A DNA stretch of 64,000 nt from IMG/VR virus record IMGVR_UViG_3300048438_000153, positions 186,001 to 250,000 of that record; one strand, given 5' to 3'. Below are positions 29,107 through 38,300 of this stretch, in pieces. Both the position numbers and the translations under genes were made by a program. The notes under the pieces are model-generated. The model did not search any database, was not told the DNA's origin, and was given only the letters and a program-made list of their open reading frames with translations. Every line of letters starts with the position of its first letter. Position 1 is the stretch's first letter.

Positions 29107-29940
29107 TTAGAGGTAATCCCTCCGATACCTACGCCTAGCGAGCTTAACTTCCTTGTACGGAGGCTTCCACTCAATCTCACCCTCTTCCATCAGCTTTTGA
29201 GCTCTCGGCACTTCATCAGGGTTAATGACAGGCATATCAACTCGGGCGGGCGCCCAGCCTGGTACTTGCTTGTTCATCGCGCGAACATTTGCACCCATCT
29301 GCTTGATGCCTTCGTTGACAGAACCGAAGCTCTTAATGAGAATGTCCTGAACCTTCTTTGGTGAGGTGAACTCGTTACCGTTGATAGCGAGGTTCTTGAT
29401 CTCGTTCATCACATTCTGATCTGTGTAACGAGTGATGTCGCCCTTACCGGGATTCCCATTTCTCGTTGGGAAAAGACCCTTTGTGATGATGTTGAGAACC
29501 TTAAGAAGTGTCTTGCCCTCAAGGTCTGCGACATAACCCCCCACCTTGACATTAGGTCCGAAAGCGATGATGGCTGCTGACCATCTGTGGTGTCCGTCCA
29601 TAATCTGACCGTCATTAGAAATGATCGCACCAAGATCAGTAGTAAGCTTTCCATCAAGCATAGCGAGAGCCATACCCACAGACTTACCGAGAACCATTGT
29701 GGTCTGAGAAGGTTTGAGGTTGCTCGCTTGAGCCTTCGTCTTTCTCACAGAAATCTTATCGCTCTTGTTATCGCCTGAATCAACCAAGTGCTTAGCGAGA
29801 TCGGCATCTACGTTTGAAAGACGACCAGCGTTCTGAATCTCTCTATACACCTCTTCAGGCGCTAAGACACGAGCGGTGCGCTCCATACGAGCGACTCTTA
29901 TTTCTAAATCTCTAAGGACTTCTGATGCGGTTCTTCTCAT
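29107..29940 (-). CDS. ParB/Srx-like domain protein with putative capsid-targeting leader
   Basis: LKPSQ...IISNDGQIMDGHHRWSA; N-terminal MRRTASEVLRDLEIRVARMERTAR. Confidence 0.75.
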   Translation of the reverse strand: MRRTASEVLRDLEIRVARMERTARVLAPEEVYREIQNAGRLSNVDADLAKHLVDSGDNKSDKISVRKTKAQASNLKPSQTTMVLGKSVGMALAMLDGKLTTDLGAIISNDGQIMDGHHRWSAAIIAFGPNVKVGGYVADLEGKTLLKVLNIITKGLFPTRNGNPGKGDITRYTDQNVMNEIKNLAINGNEFTSPKKVQDILIKSFGSVNEGIKQMGANVRAMNKQVPGWAPARVDMPVINPDEVPRAQKLMEEGEIEWKPPYKEVKLARRRYRRDYL

Positions 29941-29945
29941 TTTTT

Positions 29946-30004
29946 TCTCCTTACCATAGGTGTATCGAGAAGTTGGTTTACTGCCTACGATAAAGAGATT
30001 AAGA
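29946..30004 (-). promoter_or_regulatory. Late-promoter-like motif (29989-30004) with 15 bp RBS-sequestering hairpin containing three G-U pairs
   Basis: UCUCUUUAUCGUAGG (29984-29998) pairs with CCUAUGGUAAGGAGA (29946-29960). Confidence 0.75.
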
Positions 30005-30009
30005 AACTA

Positions 30010-31734
30010 TCAGCCCTGACAACTCATACACTCATCTATTTGAAAGTCTTTGAGTGCCTTTCGCTCTACCTTTTCAGAGACTTTCTCTCCTGTAACACCC
30101 GCATTTGTCCTCAAATAATAAAGACCCTTGAGCTTCTTCTTATAAGCTGAGAGATGAACCGCGTTGACATAGTTCGCGTCGCTACCCGAAGGGAAAAAGA
30201 GGTTCACACTCTGCCCCTGACAGACCCACTCTTGCCTGACGCCCGCGTGTTCCACTACCCACATCTGATCAAGTTCAAACGCCGTCTTGAACACCTCTTT
30301 CTCAAGATCAGAAAAGTAGTCTAGATGCTGTACGCTCCCCTGATTCAGAATCACGTCAGAAATCTGCTCGTCTACCCAACTATCAGACTCGCCCTTCTCT
30401 TCTTTCTTCTTCTGAATTAGGTTCAGTAGATGTTCGTTCACCTGTAAGAAAGAACCTGCGCGCGTTCTGTAGGTGAAGGCATTAGACTTCCAAGGCTCAA
30501 TGCTAGGAGACGTATTCAGAATGATCGCCGAGTTCGCATTCGGAGCAATCGCGAGGAGATGGCTGTTTCTTACTCCGCTACCCTCACCGTCCAAGTACTC
30601 CCCTCTCTTCTCTGCGAGGGATCTCGTGGCGCTCAGAGCTTTCTCTTTGATGGTAGAGTAGATCTTCCTATTAGCAGACACCGCGAAGACCGACTCGAAA
30701 GGAACTCCTTTACTCTGAAGATACGAGTGAAAGCCCATCGTCCCTAAGCCGAGCGATCTCTCTTTCTTGGCGGAGCTGATGGCTCTAGAAAGAGACTCAG
30801 GCGCGTTCTCTATGAAATACTCTAAGACATCATCAAGGAACTCAATCAAGTCCTCTACAATCGTGGTTTCTTTCCAAGCGTCGAAGTGCTCCACATTAAG
30901 ACTAGAAAGACAACAAACCGCTGACCTGTTCTCTCCTGTTGGGAGATGAATTTCGTTACAAAGGTTAGATCCGTTAATCTTCAAGCCTTTCTCTTTGAGG
31001 GGCTCGGGGAGGTGGCGGTTAGCCTCGTCGATGAAGTTAAGATAAGGCTCACCTGTCTTGAAGCGCACCTTCAATATTCTCTGCCATAGGTCGCGAGCGT
31101 CGAAAGTGTCTCTCACTGACCCATCTGAAGGATCAAGCAAGTCCCAAGAGTCACCCTTAAGAACTGCCTCCATAAAGTCATCTGTGATATTGAGCGCGTT
31201 GTTGAGGTTGAAGCACTTTCTGTTAGTGTCTCCACCTGTAGGAAGTCTCATGTTAAGAAACTCAATCACGTCAGGGTGAGAGATGTTGAGGTAGGCTGCG
31301 TAGCTTCCCTTTCTAGTTGACCCTTGTCGATACGCAACCATATCCGCGTCAACGGTCTTAAGAAAAGGGATAGGTCCAGGTGACTTGTCTGAGACTGAGC
31401 GCACACTCGACCAATGCCCTCCAACACCACCTCCCATCACGCTCATCATTCTGAGCTCTTCTGTATGAGAAATGAGTCCCTTAACTGAGTCAGGAACAAA
31501 AGTGAGGAAGCAACTGATCGGCATACCTTTCCCCCCCGCGTTGGAGAGGATCGGTGAGCTGAACATGAACCACCCTTTGCAAGCGTACTCATAGATTCTT
31601 TCTGCGAGCCCTTCATCTCTCGCGTAAAAATGCGAGGCTCTCTTAAAAGCCTCTTGTGGATTCTCCTCACCTTCTTTCATGTAGTATTTCTTCAGTAGGG
31701 ACTTGGCGTGTGTTGAAAACTCGAAACCTGTCAT
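30010..31734 (-). CDS. nrdA: Class Ia ribonucleotide reductase alpha subunit, no ATP cone
   Basis: ISCF, GGGVG, SNLCNEI, AVCCLSS, LAIAPNA, GLYYLR, C-terminal CMSCQG; only 574 aa. Confidence 0.96.
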   Translation of the reverse strand: MTGFEFSTHAKSLLKKYYMKEGEENPQEAFKRASHFYARDEGLAERIYEYACKGWFMFSSPILSNAGGKGMPISCFLTFVPDSVKGLISHTEELRMMSVMGGGVGGHWSSVRSVSDKSPGPIPFLKTVDADMVAYRQGSTRKGSYAAYLNISHPDVIEFLNMRLPTGGDTNRKCFNLNNALNITDDFMEAVLKGDSWDLLDPSDGSVRDTFDARDLWQRILKVRFKTGEPYLNFIDEANRHLPEPLKEKGLKINGSNLCNEIHLPTGENRSAVCCLSSLNVEHFDAWKETTIVEDLIEFLDDVLEYFIENAPESLSRAISSAKKERSLGLGTMGFHSYLQSKGVPFESVFAVSANRKIYSTIKEKALSATRSLAEKRGEYLDGEGSGVRNSHLLAIAPNANSAIILNTSPSIEPWKSNAFTYRTRAGSFLQVNEHLLNLIQKKKEEKGESDSWVDEQISDVILNQGSVQHLDYFSDLEKEVFKTAFELDQMWVVEHAGVRQEWVCQGQSVNLFFPSGSDANYVNAVHLSAYKKKLKGLYYLRTNAGVTGEKVSEKVERKALKDFQIDECMSCQG

Positions 31735-31762
31735 CCGTCTCTCTCCATTAAGACTCTAAGTT

Positions 31763-31816
31763 AAAAAGCGACCCTAACCTCCTCCCTCGCAGTTGAGGGG
31801 GGAGAGGGTCAGGGTC
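31763..31816 (-). terminator. Intrinsic terminator-like hairpin between holA and nrdA
   Basis: GACCCUGACC...GGUUAGGGUC GC-rich imperfect stem followed by GCUUUUU. Confidence 0.6.
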
Positions 31817-31849
31817 TAGCTCGACAAAATAGGTCTAAGTGGAGCGGTA

Positions 31850-32785
31850 TTAAGAAACCATAAGACGGAGCAACCCCGTTTTGAACGCCGAAAACGGCGA
31901 CACAACTCCGCTAATTGCAAGGTTTTCGCAATGATAGAGGACACCTAAGATTTCTCTCAATTTTTTTGTAGTGAACCTACGCGCTCTAGGAACGAGCACA
32001 TCACCCACAAGCCAACTTTGAACGCCTATTTCTTCAGAGATACCTTGCACAGAAGTGACCCCTCTGTCGATACAAAGTCTTACCGATAAGAGCTGAACTA
32101 TATTCTTGTGAAGTAGACCCGCGACCAATCCCATCGTCGGGTCTTTGTCTCTGTTCTTCTCAAAGCGAGCGCAAGTTTTAAGAAAGTTAGTCGGATTCCA
32201 TGAGATCACCGCATCAGTCAGAAGCACTCCATCCATTTCTTTCAAGGGCGCAATCACCGACAAGACCTCTATGGGAGTGACCTCACTCCCCTCAGCGACG
32301 TAGCCGATCTTCAGAGCCTCGTAGGTTAAGACTCCAACATCTTGACCTACTCGCTGAACCACACTCTCACAGATAGACAGACTGATCTGCTTCCCCTGAT
32401 CCGCCACCATCTTCTGAAAGAACTTCGCATACCACTCCGCGAGCTTCTTCTTACTCTTAGGTATCTCGTAACAGTCTTTCTTTTTGACTCCCATGAGTGC
32501 TTTCGGCACTACGCGGTCTGCTAAATAGAGAACACCGAAGCCCTCTTTCTGAGGGATGTGTGCGAGGTTCTTTAACCCTGTCGGGTTCGAGATCACGATG
32601 AGCTTATCCACCACGTCAAAGAGTCCCAAATCAAAGGCTTCCTCGATCTCACTCTTAGAGGATTTCTTTCCATCTAGGTAGATCACCTCCCATCCGAGCG
32701 CATAAGCATCGTTGATGATTTCTCTTGAAGCATGAAAGGCGAGGTCTTTGAACGTACCGTAGATGACTCTGTGTTCTTTCTTCAT
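31850..32785 (-). CDS. holA: DNA polymerase III delta-like clamp-loader subunit
   Basis: GLFDVVDKLIVI, VQRVGQDVGVLTYEALKI, VTPIEVLSVI, LTDAVISWN, ARRFTTKKLREIL: delta domain layout. Confidence 0.7.
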   Translation of the reverse strand: MKKEHRVIYGTFKDLAFHASREIINDAYALGWEVIYLDGKKSSKSEIEEAFDLGLFDVVDKLIVISNPTGLKNLAHIPQKEGFGVLYLADRVVPKALMGVKKKDCYEIPKSKKKLAEWYAKFFQKMVADQGKQISLSICESVVQRVGQDVGVLTYEALKIGYVAEGSEVTPIEVLSVIAPLKEMDGVLLTDAVISWNPTNFLKTCARFEKNRDKDPTMGLVAGLLHKNIVQLLSVRLCIDRGVTSVQGISEEIGVQSWLVGDVLVPRARRFTTKKLREILGVLYHCENLAISGVVSPFSAFKTGLLRLMVS

Positions 32786-33366
32786 TTGTGGACTCCTAGA
32801 AAGTATCCACTGAGGGCGGAGTGAGAAACCCTCTTCCTCGCTAAGAGTGACCTCAGCTCGTCTGTATACAAGTCGGTGTCCTCCTCTTTGATAAGGACTT
32901 CAAGATAGGCTTCCATAAATGCCCTCTCAGATCCCTTCTCCACCTTCGCAAGTACCTTGAGTCCTCTTAAGAGGTTATCTTCGCTCAGAGCGCCATACAG
33001 AGCCTCTGCGTCTTCATAGAGATCATGCTCCTGTCGGGGCGCGTAATGAAACTTCTCTCCACAGCGAGATCGGATAGTATTAGGAACGCCACCTAAGTCA
33101 TTCGCCCATAGGAAAAGGGTTGGGCTGTTGGGCGTAGGCTCTTCGATGCGCTTAAGAAGAATATCAAGGGCTGACGGATCAGCCTCATCGAGTGGACCTG
33201 CTACTAGACAGGGATTCTTATGGGGGTAAACCTGAGTGAAGAGGCTCATCAATAGCCTCACTCCGTCTACCTTCAGATTTGTGATCGGCTCATGAACAAG
33301 CTCATAGCCCTCTAGCTCTTCAGCGAGGCCGTTCTTAACGCCCCTTCCATGATGAATGAAAATCAT
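32782..33366 (-). CDS. holB: Truncated DNA polymerase III delta-prime-like subunit
   Basis: LKVDGVR, LDEADPSALDILLKRIEEP, VPNTIRSRC (SRC arginine finger). Start moved to ATG 33366 after AGAGGAG. Confidence 0.75.
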   Translation of the reverse strand: MIFIHHGRGVKNGLAEELEGYELVHEPITNLKVDGVRLLMSLFTQVYPHKNPCLVAGPLDEADPSALDILLKRIEEPTPNSPTLFLWANDLGGVPNTIRSRCGEKFHYAPRQEHDLYEDAEALYGALSEDNLLRGLKVLAKVEKGSERAFMEAYLEVLIKEEDTDLYTDELRSLLARKRVSHSALSGYFLGVHK

Positions 33367-33779
33367 GCTGTCTCCTCTCTTGTGACCCTTACCTATATCA
33401 GAACACCCATCAAGGTAAGAGATATCCATACAGGAGGTTATCTTAAGTTTCTGCTTGAACCTCGTCTCTGCCTCCGATATACAGGTTCACGATCTGACTC
33501 AACAACGGTTTGAGTCTCATGGGCTCTTCCCTCCGACTAGCGAAACTGAGGATAATCTTATCCCGACTAAAAGGAGGCAACCCTACTGAGCTTGAGAAAG
33601 CTCTTAGGGCAGAAACCCTCATGTGACGTAAGTCACTCGGTTGAAAAGCGTACCGATGGATCTCAATCAGTAACGAGACTCGGCAACTACTCTCTCAGAG
33701 TAAGTACCCTGTAGGTTGGTCAACTCCGTTGATAGAACCTGATAAACAGTCTGCTCTTTCTCACTCCCTTGATAGTCTC

Positions 33780-34280
33780 TTGTGAGCCTCTAGGTTTATT
33801 CTTTCCCTTACCTAGTAGGTTGTCTCAGATAGAAACTATCTTAGTATCTCTCTTTAGTAGAGATAGGAAGTATAGTTACTCTTCTAAGAAGAATATGAAT
33901 TAGAAGTAAGTAACTAGAGAAGACTTAGTAAGTCCTCCTAAAAACCAAAAGAAAAACTACTCGTACTACTACAAGTACTCTTACTAATCCTCAACCAACT
34001 ACACCTACAACTAATAGTCCTACTACTACAACAACACATACAGCTCATACTACAACAACTACTAGTCTTACTACATCTACAAGTAATACTACTCCAACTA
34101 GTACAGCTACACATACATGAACAGATACTATAGATGAACATACACTAAAAAAAGAAAGAAGTAGGTTAAGAAAGAACCTACTTATAGAAACTACTTTAGA
34201 AAAAAAAGACTATAGATAAGAAAGTACCTATATAGGTGACTTATAGGCTCCTACCTAGTGGAAGCATGAAAGAACACTAG
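33780..34280. other. AT-rich, strand-skewed low-complexity non-coding tract (candidate replication origin)
   Basis: G-poor CTA/ACT/ACA runs on the plus strand (about 33940-34150), several CTATAG-like words, palindrome ACCTATATAGGT at 34226-34237, between divergent genes. Confidence 0.5.
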
Positions 34281-34291
34281 GGATAAGAATC

Positions 34292-34590
34292 ATGATCGAC
34301 TTTTCAGAACAAAATCTAGATGATATGGACTTCGGAGGGATAGACCTATCAGGGTCTATCTTCAACACAAGCTCTCTTAAGAGGGCTAAGTTCATCGGAG
34401 GGACTTACAGGGACAGCCTGTTTGAAGAACTTCAACCTGATGATCTAGAGGATAATGAGCTTTCCCCATCAGATTTTTCAGGAGCACTTTCGTGAGATTC
34501 TCGATTGCAGATGGGACGACCTTCTATAAGTGTGACTTCAAGTATGTCACGCTGACGCGCTGTATCCGAAACCGCGTCAAAGGGATCTGA
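34292..34590 (+). pseudogene. Pentapeptide-repeat protein interrupted by a 1 nt frameshift
   Basis: FSEQN LDDMD FGGID LSGSI FNTSS LKRAK...DFSGA. Continues in the -1 frame FVRFSIADGTTFYKCDFKYVTLTRC to TGA 34590, 2 nt before the next ATG. Confidence 0.65.
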
Positions 34591-34592
34591 TC

Positions 34593-34997
34593 ATGTGGTT
34601 AAGAAAGTTCAGAGCGAACACAGAAAGTAAACCGCCCGAGCTACTCGCTGTAGAGTTTCCGAAGGCTCTAGAGAATCACATCAAAGAGCTTCTCTCTCTG
34701 AGGAATCAGTTCTACAAGACTTTTGATCGGAAAGTAGAGTCGGCGCTGAAAGAACACGCTGTGACAGGGCTGATCAATCTCTATCACTCTTATTTAGAGA
34801 GTACGCCCCTACACGACTACATAAAGACCTCTCTCAACGGCGTAGTGATTAGCCGAGAAGGAGGCGTCACTCGATACGCCCTCTCAGAAGCCTCATACGC
34901 GCTTCTAAGCAAGGTTGTCGAAGAGAGAGGTGTCAGTGCCTCAGCGAGAGTCTATTTCCTCCCTGAAGGGGTTATAGACGTCGTTGAGAATTCTTAA
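34593..34997 (+). CDS. Hypothetical protein (134 aa)
   Basis: Clean ORF, convergent with the next gene. Confidence 0.6.
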   Translation: MWLRKFRANTESKPPELLAVEFPKALENHIKELLSLRNQFYKTFDRKVESALKEHAVTGLINLYHSYLESTPLHDYIKTSLNGVVISREGGVTRYALSEASYALLSKVVEERGVSASARVYFLPEGVIDVVENS

Positions 34998-35302
34998 CTC
35001 TCTGCGTTGAACTCCGCGATCTTCTCTTTCAGCTCACTATCAGGATTCTCAACCATCGCATTATAGTCAATGTGACAGCCGTCCATTCGAGATGGGACAC
35101 GCATTCCCTCACGGACAAATCTTAGAGCAAAAGCTCGATGGATTGAAGCGAGCGAAGAGGCTTCAAATCCCTCCTCTTTCAACGTGCGAAGGAAAGCATT
35201 AGATCCCGCCACCCTACTCTGATGGATCAGGTCTTCAGTAGGGATCTCGTCGAGAATATAGCCAACCCACTCTTCAGTGGTTACAGGTGTCGTCATACCC
35301 AT
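34994..35302 (-). CDS. Hypothetical protein (102 aa)
   Basis: AAGGAG RBS, follows the SNF2 gene. Confidence 0.65.
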   Translation of the reverse strand: MGMTTPVTTEEWVGYILDEIPTEDLIHQSRVAGSNAFLRTLKEEGFEASSLASIHRAFALRFVREGMRVPSRMDGCHIDYNAMVENPDSELKEKIAEFNAES

Positions 35303-35307
35303 TTCTA

Positions 35308-38300
35308 TTACTCCTTGTCTTCAAACTCTGAGGCGGTCTGATAGTCGCCCTCGTCCATGAACTTCTCCCTGATGAGGGAGTTTCTTTCTACTGACTTAGC
35401 GACCGAAAGCCAAGCTTCTTCAAGAATGACGTCGCTCTTTCTCATGAGGTCTGTCAGCGCGTCCCTCTCTCTCTCAGGGCTTAAGAGTTTACTGAAGCCC
35501 TTTGACTTGAGTTTGAGCTTCTCGATAGTGCCAACGTCAGTCATCGAGCGCACATTGTCGTTTGAGTAGTAGGCGATCTTAAACTCGTTAGAGTAGGTCG
35601 AAATCGCCTCTAGTACGTCCTGTGCAGACCTTCTGCTCATGTAAGACTCCCAACATGAAGCGTCATCTACGTCGAAGGGCTCAGAGGGGCGCTTCAGGTA
35701 ATCTGAAAGACCCATCTCAAACTCGTTGCACTTCATCTTGAAATACACGTTGAGTACGCGCTGTGCTACGTCGCTATCGTTCAGAGAAAGAGACATCCTC
35801 TTGAGCGGAGTCCCATTCGCAGACCACCACCTCTGACCGATGAGCTCAGTCTTGTTATCGTCAGTACAGAGGAAGAGGTCAGACAAGCTAACCTCATTTC
35901 CGTTTCGGATGCGATCATTGTCTACGAGCCAATCTTTAATCGCGATCTCCTCCTTAGAAAGCACCTCATGATCAAGATCGAGGAAGTCAATCTGAATGTC
36001 TGAGCTGAAGCCGAGAGAAGGCAAGGTCATAAGGTCACTGCTGTCCATGTCGGCCTTGATAGAAGACACATTCTTATCTGCTCTCGCGCTCACAATCTGA
36101 CCGAAGATGAGCCTCGAAGGAACGTCCGAAGGCAGACACTTAGAGAAAGAAAGAGCCTTATTGTAGATCGTCCTCGTCATGTCGAGATTTTCTTCAACGA
36201 AGACCTCAAGGTTGATGTCCTCACTCTGAGAAAGAACATGACCCTCTTCAATGATCGCGAAGTCATCGTCTGACGTGAACTGATAAGAAACAATCGAAGA
36301 GAGCCCCGTGAGATCTGAGACTCTCCTAGCTTCAGAGGGGTCTTTTGATTCTTGAATTACAGAAGAGAACAGAGGATCTGACCTGAAGCGAGAGGGGTCG
36401 AGCGCGAGATACTTAAGTGGGTTCTCGTCCTCGTTCTCAAGGGCCTCTGAGACATCTTTGATGTTACTAGCAGAGGGGTCGAGGAGCATCGAGACAAGAT
36501 TCTTATTGATCCTGATCGACTCACCTGTAGTCCTCTCAACGCTATCGTAGTCTGCGATCAGATCAGTCTCCATGCCCTTTCTGATGATGTCCATGAAGAA
36601 GTCCTGATCCGCGCCCTGAATCAAGTCTTTCATCTCATCAATGGTCATGTCCATAGCGTCTTTTCCAAAAGCAGATGCTTTGTCTGAGTCGCCATAGCCT
36701 GAAGTCCTATCGCCACCCTTAGCGATCACCGCGTCAAGGTAGATAACCTCTACTTGCTTGTTTTGACCTGTGCGGTATGCGCGCGCTGTCCTCTGCTTAA
36801 CAAGCTCAGAGTCAAAACCCTCACCGCGATCAAGGTGAACCACCGTTCCGATGAACTGAAAGTTGAAGCCCTTCGCGTACTCGTCGGTGCAACTGATCGA
36901 CTTGATGCTTGGGTTGTCTTTAAAGATCATCTTAGTAGCGGAAATAGCCCACTGCTCGGAAACGAAAGCGAAGACGCCATTAGGGTTGAAGTAAACTTTC
37001 TTAAGAGCGTTCCTTGAAGACTTGACCCTCTTCACATCCTTATCGGTGAGAGCCTTGAAGAGATCGTTGAAAGGAGTCTCAATAACCTCTTTCTCCTCTT
37101 CCTCAAGTACGCTGTCATACTTGTTGAGGTTGAACTCTACGAGCTCGAAAAGATCCTGAACCTCCTCCCTAAACTCTTCTCCCGCTTTTGGGTGAGCATT
37201 TAAGAAAGAATAGTCTACAAGCCTACGCTCAAGTGCAGATAAAGACGCGAACCTACGACTGTCAAGGTTGACCCTAGAAAGCTCAGTCTTCCCTGTGTCT
37301 TTCTTGATCGCGCCGATATTCTTACCCGCTCGATAGAACTCGATGGAGTCCCTACGGAGCGCGACGTGAACACCGCCAACGCCCGACTTACTGCACTTAA
37401 CTGCGTTCTGTCTGACGATAGTCTGATCTGCTGAGAAATAACACACCGCCTTCCCCGGCCTGTCCATCAAGATTTTCTCAGCTTGATCGAGCTTCGGGTT
37501 AGGCACTTTCTCATTGAAATACTTTGAGGGGTTCGTGGTCAGGGTGATGAGATCCCTGATCTTGGAGACACTCTTAGCTTGAGCGAAGTCCACGATGTTC
37601 TTGAAAGAGGACTCCTGATACTTGCCCCCTTTCTTAATTACGTCTCTGTACTTCTTGACCATCGCCTTAAGCTCGCGAGCGAGTGCTCCTGAGAGCTTGC
37701 GGTACTCTTTCTCGACGCGCTCGTTGAGCCGAACTGTGATGACTTGTGAAGTGGGCTTCTGAAGCTTAGGGAGTCCGATTTCTTCAAGATTCACGTCCTG
37801 TTTGAAAGCGAAATAAGCGTTCGCCTTGACCCATGTGTTGAACTCTTCGCGAGTTCCTTTCTTAAGGCCGACGAATCGACCGCCGATGACGTTCCCGAAT
37901 CTCTCAGCGAAAGCTCTTTCCTTCTCTGCTGAGAACTCCGCGCCCCTCGCGACTGCGACGAACCTGTAAAGGTCGAGTGGATCTCTCTCCATCGCAGAAG
38001 CTGTGAGAAGAATCTTACGAGGGTGCTTCAGGTCAGAGAGAGCCTTTCTCTTAGTTCCTGTGAGCGCCTCATTGACTTCATCAAAGAAACAGATCGCGTA
38101 TTTGTCTTTGAAGTACTCAGTAGAGTCAGCGTAGTTGCTACCCATCTCAGGCTTAGAGGGGTCTTTCCAATAGTCTGAAGGGATATCCCTGAGCCTACGC
38201 TCCCTCTTCTTCGGGTCTTTCTCAGCGAGGAACTCCTCAACGCGGTCGATGCCTCTGACAATCTTAGCGAACTTGGTGTAGTTCATCTCGTAGATGCGGT

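Noticed and set aside
33443-33622. 59 aa minus-strand ORF (MRVSALRAF...) upstream of holB
   Set aside because: No clear RBS or recognisable motif; cannot be supported.
33938-34141. 67 aa Cys/Ser-rich ORF and Thr-rich mucin-like opposite frame
   Set aside because: By-products of the low-complexity triplet tract; the Thr-rich frame has no start codon.
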